The notes beneath the pieces are model-generated. The model saw nothing but the letters and a program-made list of their open reading frames with translations, ran no database searches and was not told the DNA's origin. Below are positions 19,062 through 28,492 of a stretch of DNA of 64,000 nt, in pieces; positions within the stretch are counted from its first letter, which is position 1, and every line of letters begins with the position of its first letter. Source of the DNA: an uncultured Actinomycetota bacterium (GTDB lineage Bacteria > Actinomycetota > Thermoleophilia > RBG-16-64-13); NCBI GenBank assembly GCA_963803925.1, contig CAWDOM010000013.1:3065-67064 (forward strand). The letters run 5' to 3'. A program made the translations under genes and the position numbers.

Positions 19062-19808
19062 ATGAGCTTCTTCCAAGACTGGCTGATACCCCTGCTCGAG
19101 AACCACGGTCTGCTCATCATCTTTCTTACGATGACGGCCGAGAGCGCGTGCATCCCCATCCCGAGCGAGATCGTCGTGCCCTACGGCGGCTTTCTCGCCG
19201 CTCAGGGACATACGAGCGTTTGGATGGTCATCATGGTTTCCACGGCGGCCAATGTCGTGGGGTCGGCGATCGCGTACGCGGTCGGGCGTTACGGCGGGCG
19301 TACGCTGTTCCTTCGCTACGGCCGTTACGTCGGCGTACGCAAGCACCATCTCGACCAGGCCGATCGCTGGTTCGAGCGGCGCGGACAGGTCACCGTCTTC
19401 TTCACCCGCATGATGCCGGGCATACGCACCTTCATCTCGCTGCCGGCGGGCATAGCCAAGATGCCGGTGGGAAAGTTCTTCGCCTACTCACTTCTAGGCG
19501 CGATACCCTGGAACGCCGGTCTCGCCTATCTGGGGTACGGGGCGGGCAAGGCCGCGGGCGATGATCCCTGGGGGGCGCTCCAGGAGCAGTTCAGCCGCTA
19601 CAACCACATCTTCTACATCGTATTGGGGGTAGTCGTAGTCGCGCTGATCGGCTGGGCGGTGTGGCGTTGGAAGCGAAAGAAGACCAGCCTGACCGAAACG
19701 ACTCCGCAGGCTCACGATGTCGAAGAGCCGAGCCCGAGCCGGCCGGCCGGAGAAGACCCGGCTGTGACACAGACGGCCTCCGAAGCGGAGGATTCGCAGC
19801 CGCTCTAG
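19062..19808 (+). CDS. DedA/SNARE-associated family membrane protein with a charged C-terminal tail
   Basis: IIFLTMTAESACIPIPSE, RMMPGIRTFISLPAG (DedA signature). Confidence 0.85.
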   Translation: MSFFQDWLIPLLENHGLLIIFLTMTAESACIPIPSEIVVPYGGFLAAQGHTSVWMVIMVSTAANVVGSAIAYAVGRYGGRTLFLRYGRYVGVRKHHLDQADRWFERRGQVTVFFTRMMPGIRTFISLPAGIAKMPVGKFFAYSLLGAIPWNAGLAYLGYGAGKAAGDDPWGALQEQFSRYNHIFYIVLGVVVVALIGWAVWRWKRKKTSLTETTPQAHDVEEPSPSRPAGEDPAVTQTASEAEDSQPL

Positions 19809-19875
19809 GCCGCCGAAGAGCCGGCCGAATAGGCTGCCGGGCCGGTTCAACGAACCGCGGCCGCCGGCCGAAGAC

Positions 19876-20607
19876 TTACAGCACCATGCTGAGGAACTTC
19901 TGAGTGCGAGGCTCCTTGGGACTGACGATCATCTCGCGCGGATCGCCCTCTTCGACCACGACGCCGCCGTCCATGAACACCAATCGGGTGCCTACCTCGC
20001 GGGCGAAGCCCATCTCGTGCGTGACGACCACCATGGTCATGCCCGACTTGGCCAACTGCTGCATCACGCCCAGCACTTCGGCCACCAGTTCCGGGTCGAG
20101 AGCCGATGTGACTTCGTCGAACAGCATCATGTCGGGCTTCATTGCGAGGGCTCGGGCGATTGCGACACGTTGTTGCTGGCCGCCCGACAGCTCGTCGGGC
20201 ATGGCGTGGATCTTGTCCGAAAGCCCGACCTGCGTGAGCAGTTCGAGCGCGATCGCCTCGGCCTCGGCTTTGGGCTTCTTCTGGACCTTCGTCGGGGCAA
20301 GCATCACGTTGTGTAGCGCGTTCTTGTGGGGGAAGAGGTTGAAGCTCTGAAAGACCATGCCGATGTGCTGGCGGATCTTGTTAGGGTCGGTATCGGGGCC
20401 GTGCAGGTCTTCGCCCTCGATGAGCACCTTGCCCTTCTGGATGGGCTCGAGACCGTTGATGCAGCGGAGCATGGTCGACTTGCCCGAGCCCGACGGGCCG
20501 ATGACGACGACCACCTCGCTCTTGGCCACTCGGAGATCGACGCCGCGAAGCACTTCCAGGTGGCCGAAGCTCTTGTGTACGTCGATCAGTTCGATCATGG
20601 AGCTCAC
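19876..20607 (-). CDS. Polar amino-acid ABC transporter ATP-binding protein
   Basis: Walker [10 protein letters not shown], signature [15 protein letters not shown], Walker [13 protein letters not shown]. Confidence 0.9.
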   Translation of the reverse strand: MSSMIELIDVHKSFGHLEVLRGVDLRVAKSEVVVVIGPSGSGKSTMLRCINGLEPIQKGKVLIEGEDLHGPDTDPNKIRQHIGMVFQSFNLFPHKNALHNVMLAPTKVQKKPKAEAEAIALELLTQVGLSDKIHAMPDELSGGQQQRVAIARALAMKPDMMLFDEVTSALDPELVAEVLGVMQQLAKSGMTMVVVTHEMGFAREVGTRLVFMDGGVVVEEGDPREMIVSPKEPRTQKFLSMVL

Positions 20608-21362
20608 CAGCCCTCACCCCCCTTCGGCACCTGCGCCTGAAGGTCGGCATCGAATAGCTGCTGCTCCGCTTCAGGAGTGACGCCGGCCGGCGGTTTGCCG
20701 CCGGGCTTCCTCTTGCGGCGCCGGTTCTCCATGCGCGAGGCGACGCGGATCAGAGGGATGGTGAAGATGATGTAGATGATGGCCGCGGCCGTGAGCGGCG
20801 TTGAATTGGCCACGATGCCCATCTTCTCCTTGGCCCTGAACAGCAACTCAGGCACGGCGATGACCGACATGAGTGACGTGTCCTTGATCATGGCGATGAA
20901 CTCGTTGGTGAGGGGCGGAATCACCAGCCGTACGGCCTGGGGCAGCACCACATTGATCATGGCCTGGCCGTGGGTCATGCCGAGCGAGCGAGCCGCCTCG
21001 GTCTGTCCCTTGGGGATAGCCTGGATGCCGGCCCTGAAGATCTCAGCGGAGTACGCTCCGTAGCAAAGCGCGATGCCGAGCACGCCCGAGGCCAGCGCAC
21101 TGAGCTTGAGCCCGGCGATGGCCAGACCGTAGTAGATGAAGATGAAGAGGAGCAGCAGCGGCAGGCCGCGGAAGAGATCTATGTAGGCGCCCGCCAAGAA
21201 CCGCGCCACCCGGAACCGTGACAGCCGGATGAGCGACAGTACCAGCCCCCAGGTCCAGGCGAATATGAGACCGAGAATGAGTACCTCGATCACCGTGGGC
21301 AACGTCTTGACAAGCAGCCAGAGAGACTCCAGGAGGATCTCTCCATTGAAGAACGCGTTCAC
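20604..21362 (-). CDS. Polar amino-acid ABC transporter permease (HisM/GlnP family)
   Basis: The EAA-like loop [22 protein letters not shown] is present. It overlaps the ATPase gene by 4 nt. Confidence 0.85.
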   Translation of the reverse strand: MNAFFNGEILLESLWLLVKTLPTVIEVLILGLIFAWTWGLVLSLIRLSRFRVARFLAGAYIDLFRGLPLLLLFIFIYYGLAIAGLKLSALASGVLGIALCYGAYSAEIFRAGIQAIPKGQTEAARSLGMTHGQAMINVVLPQAVRLVIPPLTNEFIAMIKDTSLMSVIAVPELLFRAKEKMGIVANSTPLTAAAIIYIIFTIPLIRVASRMENRRRKRKPGGKPPAGVTPEAEQQLFDADLQAQVPKGGEGW

Positions 21363-21397
21363 CAGCTCACCTCCGCTCGCGCTCCAAACAGGTCCTT

Positions 21398-21448
21398 AAA
21401 AGAGAATACAGAGAAAAGGGGGCCGGAGCTGAAGCTCCGGGCCCCCCG
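21398..21448 (-). terminator. Intrinsic terminator or attenuator between the binding-protein and permease genes
   Basis: On the minus strand: GGGGGGCCCGGAGC-TTCA-GCTCCGGCCCCC followed by TTTTCTCTGTATTCTCTTTT. Confidence 0.55.
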
Positions 21449-21492
21449 TTGACATCTGGTCGGTCAGGACCTGTAGAAGACGTCACCAATCT

Positions 21493-22392
21493 CTAGTTGA
21501 TGACTCCTGTAAGACCCCACTTGACGCAGATCTTCTGGTAGACGCCCTCGCTGATGAGCTCGGCAAGAGCCGTGTTCATAGCCGACAAGAGAGCCGTGGC
21601 CTCCTTCTTGATGGCATAGCCGTAGTCGTTCGGCGTGACGATGCCGCCGGTGTTGTCGAACTTGGCCTTGTAGTCGGGGTTCGTGTCGATGATGTAGGCG
21701 TTCACAGGCTCGTCGTTCACGACGGCCTCGACCCGGCCGGCCGACATGTCGGCGAAGGCGTCAAGGATAGTGGGGTACTTCTTGATTTCCTTGACACCGG
21801 CGATCTCTTCGACGGCGAACTGACCGGTGGTGTCGACCTGCACACCCACGACCTTGCCCACGAGCTCCGCGGAAGTGAGGACCGGCATATCCTTGGGGGC
21901 GCTGATAGCGAGGATGCCCGGCAGATACGGACTGGTGAAGTTGACCTGCTCGAGGCGCTCGTCGGTGATGCTCATGGCCGACATGATGATGTCGTAGCGA
22001 TCGCTCAGAAGACCTGGGATGATGCCGTCCCACGCGGTCGAGACCACAACGAGCTCAAGGCCCATCTTCTTGGCGAGCGCGGTGCACAAGTCGACGTCGA
22101 AGCCGATGTAGCCACCCTTCTCGTCAGAGAACTCCATGGGCGGGAAGGCGGTGTCTGAACCGGCCTGCAGCTTGCCCGACGTGATGGTCGCCGGCATCTC
22201 GATGTTGGCCGACTTGGTGACGGCCGCGATGGCGGCGTCGGCAGCCGCGGCTTCGCCGCCGCCGGCAGCGGTGGTATCTGTGCTGGGCGCCGCGGTGGTG
22301 GTGGTCTGTTCTTCACCGCCGCACGCGGCGATGAGCGGCACGAGCACGAGCACAAGTGCCAGAACAACGAGTAGCAGGTAGTTTCTCTTCAA
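21493..22392 (-). CDS. Amino-acid ABC substrate-binding lipoprotein (copy 1)
   Basis: TTG start 6 nt after AGGAGGAGG, lipobox LIAACGG, SBP_bac_3-like body (DVDLCTALAKKMGLELV). Confidence 0.8.
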   Translation of the reverse strand: MKRNYLLLVVLALVLVLVPLIAACGGEEQTTTTAAPSTDTTAAGGGEAAAADAAIAAVTKSANIEMPATITSGKLQAGSDTAFPPMEFSDEKGGYIGFDVDLCTALAKKMGLELVVVSTAWDGIIPGLLSDRYDIIMSAMSITDERLEQVNFTSPYLPGILAISAPKDMPVLTSAELVGKVVGVQVDTTGQFAVEEIAGVKEIKKYPTILDAFADMSAGRVEAVVNDEPVNAYIIDTNPDYKAKFDNTGGIVTPNDYGYAIKKEATALLSAMNTALAELISEGVYQKICVKWGLTGVIN

Positions 22393-22485
22393 CTTCTTCC
22401 TCCTCCTGGATTCGCACCCAACGACCAGCGATCTGACGGCGGGGGATGGGCGACAGAACCCTGTCTTCAGACTAGTAAACAAAAT

Positions 22486-22497
22486 GCATTATTAGCA
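22486..22497 (-). promoter_or_regulatory. Conserved box TGCTAATAATGC (extended -10-like) upstream of binding-protein gene 1
   Basis: An AT-rich island in GC-rich DNA. TTAGAC lies 18 nt upstream on the minus strand. The same 12-mer recurs at 23466-23477. Confidence 0.4.
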
Positions 22498-22533
22498 TGT
22501 GAGGGTCATCGTGTCTAACACGCGCGGGCAGTG

Positions 22534-23421
22534 TCAGTTGCCGGTAACGCCCCATTTCTCGCAGATGAGCTGGTAGACCCCATCGGCACGCAGCTCAGCG
22601 ATCGCCGCGTTGACCGCCATCAGCAGGGCCTCGCTGCCGTTCTTGAAGCCGTAGCCGTATCCTGTCCCCAGGTCGATGCTGCCGGTATTCGCGAATTCCG
22701 CCCCGAAGTCAGGGAACGAGCTAAGGATATAGCCGCTCACCAATCGTTCGATGACCACCGCGTTCAGCTTGCCCTCGCCCATCTCCTTGAAGGCGTCGAG
22801 AATGCGGTCGTACGTCTCGATGCCAACGCCGGAGATCTTGGCGACCTCGGTTTCGGCGAGTGTCCCCTTCTGGACCCCGGTCACCTTGCCCGAGAGCCCG
22901 GCCGCGTCGACGATGGGGCTGCCGGTGGGCGTGGTGATGGAGAGAACCGCCGGCAGATGAGAGTCGGTGAAGGCCATCTGGGCCTGCAACTCGGGTGTGA
23001 TGACCAGGGCCGCCATGACGAAGTCATAGAGACCATCTTCGATCAGCCCCGGAACCAGGTTAGGGTAATCTACCTCCACGATCTCCAACTGCAGCCCGAG
23101 CTTCTTCGCCACCGCGGTGCACAGATCGAAGTCGAAGCCTTGGTAGCCGTCTTTCCGCGCGAACACGAGCGGCGGGAAGGCCGCGTCGGAGCCGGCGAGC
23201 AGCGAGCCCGATTTGATCGTTTGCGGAACGGTGATGGCGGCGGACTTGGCGATCGCCGCGATGGCCAAGTCGGCCGGGGTCTGCTCACCCTCAACCGTGG
23301 TCGTGGTCGACTCGCCGGCCGAAGTAGTAGTGGTGCCGGTAAGGGAACAGCCGGCAAGGGTCGCTCCGAGAATGGTGAGCAGTATCACGAGTACGATGGG
23401 TACGACCCGCGCAGTCTTCAA
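22534..23421 (-). CDS. Amino-acid ABC substrate-binding lipoprotein (copy 2, paralog)
   Basis: TTG start 6 nt after AGGAGG, lipobox TLAGCS, and the same fold motifs as copy 1 (DFDLCTAVAKKLGLQLE). Confidence 0.8.
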   Translation of the reverse strand: MKTARVVPIVLVILLTILGATLAGCSLTGTTTTSAGESTTTTVEGEQTPADLAIAAIAKSAAITVPQTIKSGSLLAGSDAAFPPLVFARKDGYQGFDFDLCTAVAKKLGLQLEIVEVDYPNLVPGLIEDGLYDFVMAALVITPELQAQMAFTDSHLPAVLSITTPTGSPIVDAAGLSGKVTGVQKGTLAETEVAKISGVGIETYDRILDAFKEMGEGKLNAVVIERLVSGYILSSFPDFGAEFANTGSIDLGTGYGYGFKNGSEALLMAVNAAIAELRADGVYQLICEKWGVTGN

Positions 23422-23465
23422 ATCATCCCTCCTTGTGGATCCCCATCGGGTGACGAAAGCAAAGA

Positions 23466-23477
23466 GCATTATTAGCA
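23466..23477 (-). promoter_or_regulatory. Second copy of the TGCTAATAATGC box, upstream of binding-protein gene 2
   Basis: The 12-mer is identical to the one at 22486-22497, and the downstream context is similar (TTTG[TC]TT). Confidence 0.4.
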
Positions 23478-23563
23478 CGCAAACGTATTGTGCGTCGCCC
23501 AGTGCGCCCCGCGGACGAGGCATCGTCTTTCCGCAGGCTCCTATAGGTATACTCCTTCATATA

Positions 23564-24649
23564 ATGAGTCCGCGTAGATCGACCAGCAATCCCCACTCCA
23601 CGCAGGTGAGCGTTGAAGTTCCCGTCGAAGGCGCGCTCTTCTGTGAGCCACTCGAGGGCGGCAAGGTACGCTGCACGCTGTGCCCGCACGAGTGTGTCAT
23701 AGGCGAGAACAGCGAGGGCATCTGCAAGGCCCGCGGCGTGCGGGCCGGCCGGCTTCTCGCGCTGACCTACGCTCGCCCGGCCACTATTGTGAGCGATGAG
23801 ATCGAGAAGAAATCATTGTTCCATTTCTACCCGGGCACCCGGGCCCTCTCCCTGGGAGGCCACGGCTGCAACGTGCTCTGCAATGGCTGCCCCAACTGGC
23901 AGATCTCGCACGCCAGCCCACATACCGAGACCACCCGCCTGCCGGTTCTGCTTCCCGGCGAGGCCGTGGCGATGGCGCAGAAGCACAAGCTGGCGGGAGT
24001 AGCCTTCACCTACAATGAGCCCGTGGTGTGGATCGAGTACGTCCACGACGTGGCCGCGGCGTTCAAGGAGGCGGGTCTCTATACCGCGATGGTGACCGCC
24101 GCATTCTTGACCGAGGAAGCTCTCGACTATGTGGCTCCCCAGATCGATGCTTTCAGGTATGACCTCAAAGCTCCCGAGAACGCGGGCTGGGCGCGTCTGA
24201 GCAGGGTCAAGTACGCGGAATCGACCCTGACTATGGCCGTGCGCGCCAAGGAGGTGCACGGGTGCCACGTGGAGGTCGCGTCGAACATAGTGCCCGATCT
24301 CAACGACACCGACGCCGGCATGACGGGCATGGCGCGCCTGGTGGTCGATCGGCTGGGGCCGCGCACACCCTGGCACGTTACGAGGTTCTTGCCCGATTTC
24401 GAGCTTACCTATTTGCCGCCTACTCCCATCAAGACGCTGGAACGGGGTCTCGAACTGGGCCGCAAGGCTGGATTGCGCTTCGTCTACATCGGCAATGTGC
24501 CCGGGCATCCGGCCCGCGACACCGTTTGTCCGAACTGTGGTCGTACCGTCATCAGGCGCGGCGAGCCCAAGGTGGAACTGACCGGCGTGAGGCAGGGACT
24601 GTGCGCCGTGTGCGGTGAAGACCTTGTCCTCGTGGGTGCGAGGGACTGA
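23564..24649 (+). CDS. amrS: AmmeMemoRadiSam-system-type radical SAM enzyme (PflA-like activase fold)
   Basis: N-terminal CTLCPHEC cluster, radical SAM CNVLCNGC, C-terminal CPNCG...CAVCG. ATG 23564 is preferred because the tracked 5' extension is antisense to the SBP gene. Confidence 0.7.
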   Translation: MSPRRSTSNPHSTQVSVEVPVEGALFCEPLEGGKVRCTLCPHECVIGENSEGICKARGVRAGRLLALTYARPATIVSDEIEKKSLFHFYPGTRALSLGGHGCNVLCNGCPNWQISHASPHTETTRLPVLLPGEAVAMAQKHKLAGVAFTYNEPVVWIEYVHDVAAAFKEAGLYTAMVTAAFLTEEALDYVAPQIDAFRYDLKAPENAGWARLSRVKYAESTLTMAVRAKEVHGCHVEVASNIVPDLNDTDAGMTGMARLVVDRLGPRTPWHVTRFLPDFELTYLPPTPIKTLERGLELGRKAGLRFVYIGNVPGHPARDTVCPNCGRTVIRRGEPKVELTGVRQGLCAVCGEDLVLVGARD

Positions 24650-24882
24650 GATGCGCGCCTGGTCGCCGAGGGGTCGGTCGAGCAGGCGCCCGGAGGGCGG
24701 GGTGTCGATTCTCAGTTCACGCCGGCAAGCAGCGGTCCGCGCAGTTCTTGTCGTCGCGCTAAGTCTCTGCGCGCTCGCCGTAGCTCTGATCGTCGCGGCG
24801 CGGGCCACCGACGGCCGCGCCGGCGCCGGCTGGAGCCCAGAGCGGCGCCGCAAGCCGGACAGCGCTCGCGACTCAGACGACT

Positions 24883-26955
24883 TTGGCGGAGGCCGTCGCA
24901 CCCCTGGTCGTCGCCGTCGACCGGGTGCTCAGCCTCGTCGACGAACCTGTCACTGTGAATATCGAGGGCGACCTGGTGGGTTCGCTCGTCGACATGAAGC
25001 TGGTAGTCAGGGTCAAGGGACCGGCCGGCGTCGAGCAGGTAGGCGAGACGACTCCCGACCTGAAAGAGATCGACAAAGTCGTCGTCGTGCTCGGCGAGAC
25101 TCCGTCGAGCACCACCGCGATCACGTCCGACGAAGCTGGGATGGAGGCTCCGCAGCCCGACATCTCCACGACGACGACCGTGGCCACCACCGGCAACGAC
25201 CCGGCGGCGCTGAGGGCCGGGACGCTGGCCATGTCGGTGACGCTGGCCGCGCGCCGGCCCGATGGGCCCGGCGCCTACTTGCTGGTGACCGAGGTGAAGT
25301 CGGGTTCTGACGTTGTGGCGAGCGGGCAAGTGTGGATCGGCAAGGTCGCCGCGCGAGAGAAGCCTCTCGATGTGGCTTTCGTCTGGCCCGTCTCGCTCGG
25401 AGTGCACAGGGACGCTGACGGAGTCTTCTACGACTCTGTCATCGAGGATGCGCTCGGCACCACAGAGGAGGCGACAGCCCCGGGCGGCGGCACACTGAGG
25501 GGCGCCGCCCGGCTCGCCGAACTCTTTCCCGCGTGGAACCTAACGCTGGCCATAGAACCAGTGCTGCTCACCCAATTGCGCGACATGGCCGACGGCTACG
25601 CGCGCCGCGACTCCACCGGCCCCGTGGTGCAGGTCCAGGAAAGCGACGCCCACGTGCAGAACGCCGGCTCGCTCCTCGCCGCGTTCAAGAAGGCGGCCGG
25701 CAGCGAATCGATCGAGATAGCGGTGAGTCCGTATTCGGGAGCCGATCTCAGCGTGCTGGCCGCGGAGGACTGGCGCGACGGCTTCGAGCAGATCCAGATG
25801 GGCAAGCAGGAGCTTCAGCAGACCCTTGGGCTTGGGGCGCCTCTGACGGGCGCGTACTCTCCCGGGCTTGACCTCAGTTCCGCCAGCCTGGGATTCTACG
25901 CCGACGCCTCCGTCGACCGCGTAGTGGTGAGCTCGGACCTCGCGGCCATGCTCACCGAGCCGGTTGAAGAGGGTGTGGTGACCGTGCGGGCGCGAGACGA
26001 GGAGAATCACCGCGCCACTTTGGTACTGGCCGACGCGGCACTTGGCGCTCAGCTTGCGCCCCCGTGGGATGCCAACCGTCTCTTCGCCGTATTGGCGGCT
26101 CAACTTGCCGCGTCGCCGCGCGACGCCGTGGTAATCGCGCCCGACCAGCGGTTCACGCTCCCGCCCGACGCGTACGTGGAGGCGATCGGCACGGTGCTCG
26201 GCTCTCTGGATTGGATCGAGACGGCGACTCTCTCCAAGCTGCTTCGCGAATACTCGCCCGGCACCCGCCCGATGATGCTCAAGACCGCGACGGGCACGGC
26301 CGCGGGTTACATCCAGGGCGTGCTGCTCGATGAGTTGCGGTCCGCTCACGGCGCGGTGAGCGACCTGGCCGCGATCGCCGACGCCACGAGGGCTCCCGTG
26401 GAAGCCGTGCATCGACTGCTGTACATGGCCGAGAGCGGCTGGTGGTGGCGCCCCGGCACGAGTCCGCAAGAGGCCAGCATCGGGCTCGACTACTGCCGCA
26501 AAGCACGCGAACTGGCGCAGGCGGAGCTGGACAAGATCACATTCTCGGGTGCTGAGTCGGGCCTCATCGCAGGGAGTGAGGGTGTCGTGGAACTCTCGCT
26601 CGAGAACAAGGCCGACTACGCGGTGACCGCCCGCCTGCTCTTCGGCGCTACCGGGCTCACCCTACCCGACGGTGAAGTGCTCGACCTCGACCTGCAGCCC
26701 GGCTCTACCGTGGTGCCTGTGCGGGTGGTCGTGGCCGACGGCAAGCACGTGCTCGACGTCAAGCTCGTCGCCGGAGGGTCGACCCTCGACGAGATCGGCC
26801 ATTCGGTGCGCTTCATCACCTTCGGGACGGTCCTCCCCGCCATCATCATCGGAGGACTTCTGGTGCTCGCCGGGCTCTTCTTCCTGGCGCGCAGGCTGCT
26901 GCGGGGACGCGGGTTCTCGTGGCCCGCGAGATTGCGCCCGCGCCGGCGCGGCTGA
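24883..26955 (+). CDS. Large hypothetical protein with a C-terminal TM anchor. Its N-terminal TM segment appears to lie in another frame (24651-~24800).
   Basis: 690-aa ORF with TTG start. C-terminus is LPAIIIGGLLVLAGLFFLARRLLRGR. No signal peptide in this frame. Confidence 0.55.
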   Translation: MAEAVAPLVVAVDRVLSLVDEPVTVNIEGDLVGSLVDMKLVVRVKGPAGVEQVGETTPDLKEIDKVVVVLGETPSSTTAITSDEAGMEAPQPDISTTTTVATTGNDPAALRAGTLAMSVTLAARRPDGPGAYLLVTEVKSGSDVVASGQVWIGKVAAREKPLDVAFVWPVSLGVHRDADGVFYDSVIEDALGTTEEATAPGGGTLRGAARLAELFPAWNLTLAIEPVLLTQLRDMADGYARRDSTGPVVQVQESDAHVQNAGSLLAAFKKAAGSESIEIAVSPYSGADLSVLAAEDWRDGFEQIQMGKQELQQTLGLGAPLTGAYSPGLDLSSASLGFYADASVDRVVVSSDLAAMLTEPVEEGVVTVRARDEENHRATLVLADAALGAQLAPPWDANRLFAVLAAQLAASPRDAVVIAPDQRFTLPPDAYVEAIGTVLGSLDWIETATLSKLLREYSPGTRPMMLKTATGTAAGYIQGVLLDELRSAHGAVSDLAAIADATRAPVEAVHRLLYMAESGWWWRPGTSPQEASIGLDYCRKARELAQAELDKITFSGAESGLIAGSEGVVELSLENKADYAVTARLLFGATGLTLPDGEVLDLDLQPGSTVVPVRVVVADGKHVLDVKLVAGGSTLDEIGHSVRFITFGTVLPAIIIGGLLVLAGLFFLARRLLRGRGFSWPARLRPRRRG

Positions 26956-27141
26956 GCGGCCGCGGCGCTTGATTCTGGCGGTGGCGGTGGCGCCGGTCCT
27001 GCCGGTGCGGAGGCCGCGAGGCGATCTGCCAGCGCTCGGCGGCAAATCTGGTCGCGCTCGGGGCTCCTGGATACCTATTCAGTGTCATAACTAGCTATAA
27101 GCGTTCCGCGCGGGACCCTCAGGATGCTAAACTGCGTGACC

Positions 27142-28320
27142 ATGGAAGATTGGCATAGTCATCTATTGAGGGAGCGGATCGACCAGAGCAGTCTGGTCAT
27201 CCAGGGCAACCGGGCCAGCGCGCTTGGCGCGCTCGATGCCGGTGTGCGTTTCTTTGCCGGCTACCCCATCTCGCCCAGCTCCGAGATCATGGAGGCCATG
27301 GCGTACGAGCTGCCTCGCTCGGCTGGGGTCTTCGTGCAGATGGAAGATGAGATCGCATCGGTCATGGCCTGCGTCGGCGCGGCGCTGACCGGCGAGGTGG
27401 CCATGACCGCCACATCGGGCCCGGGCTTCTCGCTCATGCAAGAAGGCATCGGCTACGCGATCATGGTCGAAGCGCCGATCGTGATCGTCAATGTGATGCG
27501 CGTGGGGCCCTCCACTGGGCGGCCGACCGCGCCGTCGCAAGGCGACGTCATGCAGGCCCGCTGGGGCACCCACGGCGATCACCCGGCCATCGTGCTGGCA
27601 GCCTCCAACGTGGCCGACATGTATCGGCTGACGATGGCCGCCGTCCGCTTCGCCCAGCGATTCCGCACGCCCGTCATCCTGCTCGCCGACCAGCTCGTCG
27701 GCCAGATGCGCGAGAGCTTCTCGCCCGAACTGGTCGGCCGTTACCGTCTTACGAGCGGTGACTTCGATTTCTCGCCCGCATACATCAAGCCCGATGTCGC
27801 GCGCGAGGTGCGTTCGACCCACGTGCTGGGCGACGGCAACCATCCGCATGTCACCGGCTTGTACCATGACGAGACGGGCTTTCCGACCAACGATCCTGAG
27901 CAGAGCGATACGTTCCTCCGCGAGCTCTATAACAAGGTTGCCCACCATCGCAGCGAGCTCTGCCTCTACGACGTCAAGAACGAGGGCAAGGGCCGGGTGT
28001 GCATCGTGGCGTACGGGTCGTGCGCTCGCACCGCCCGGGCCGCCTGGAGACTGGCCGAAGAAGAGGGTCTGCCGGTCGAGGTCCTGCACCTCTACACGCT
28101 GTTCCCGCTGCCGGTCGAGATCGTCCAGCAGGTGGCGCGTCGCGTGGAGTTCATGCTCATCCCCGAACTGAACCTGGGCCAGTACGCGCACGAGGTGCGC
28201 AAGATGGCCGAGCAGTGGACCACCGTCATCGGCATGAACAAGATCGATGGCACGCTGTTCACTCCGCGTGAGATCCTCGACCGCATCGCCGAGCTCATCG
28301 GCAAGTACGAGAGCGTGTAG
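27142..28320 (+). CDS. korA: 2-oxoacid:ferredoxin oxidoreductase alpha subunit (copy 1)
   Basis: GNRASALGALDAGVRFFAGYPISPSSEI and ATSGPGFSLMQEGIGYA are present. It is ~85% identical by eye to copy 2. Confidence 0.85.
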   Translation: MEDWHSHLLRERIDQSSLVIQGNRASALGALDAGVRFFAGYPISPSSEIMEAMAYELPRSAGVFVQMEDEIASVMACVGAALTGEVAMTATSGPGFSLMQEGIGYAIMVEAPIVIVNVMRVGPSTGRPTAPSQGDVMQARWGTHGDHPAIVLAASNVADMYRLTMAAVRFAQRFRTPVILLADQLVGQMRESFSPELVGRYRLTSGDFDFSPAYIKPDVAREVRSTHVLGDGNHPHVTGLYHDETGFPTNDPEQSDTFLRELYNKVAHHRSELCLYDVKNEGKGRVCIVAYGSCARTARAAWRLAEEEGLPVEVLHLYTLFPLPVEIVQQVARRVEFMLIPELNLGQYAHEVRKMAEQWTTVIGMNKIDGTLFTPREILDRIAELIGKYESV

Positions 28321-28480
28321 GAGGCTGCTGACAAATGACGATTCGCCGTCAGAACGTGATAGGCATGCTCAAGACAAGGACGCAGGGAGCGTCAATAGCA
28401 GCGCTATTGGCGCGACTGCGGACGAAGTATTGTGCCGTCCAGCGCGTTCTGGCGGCCGAGGCTCCTTTGTCTGCAGCCTC
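28321..28480 (+). repeat. 160-nt intercistronic element B, bounded by terminal inverted repeats (MITE-like or structured RNA)
   Basis: The left end is GAGGCTGCTGACAAATGA. The reverse complement of the right end is GAGGCTGCAGACAAAGGA. The element starts right after the korA TAG. It is absent from the paralogous korA2-korB2 spacer. Confidence 0.55.
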
Positions 28481-28492
28481 GATAGGACAGCC

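Noticed and set aside
23546-23566. TATACT / TATAAT hexamers immediately before or overlapping the amrS ATG (possible leaderless transcript)
   Set aside because: The TATAAT overlaps the start codon itself, and the spacing of TATACT to the ATG is speculative. It cannot be supported without TSS data.
24615-25310. 231-aa plus-strand ORF and the many other Arg/Pro/Gly-rich ORFs in the track (e.g. 5639-6067, 7223-8230, 11181-12233, 12738-13652, 30357-31358, 33298-35139, 54880-55893)
   Set aside because: These are out-of-frame or antisense shadows of convincing genes, which is expected at 65-70% GC. They have no motifs and overlap better-supported CDSs. Only the first ~50 codons after ATG 24651 may be real (see the split N-terminus finding).
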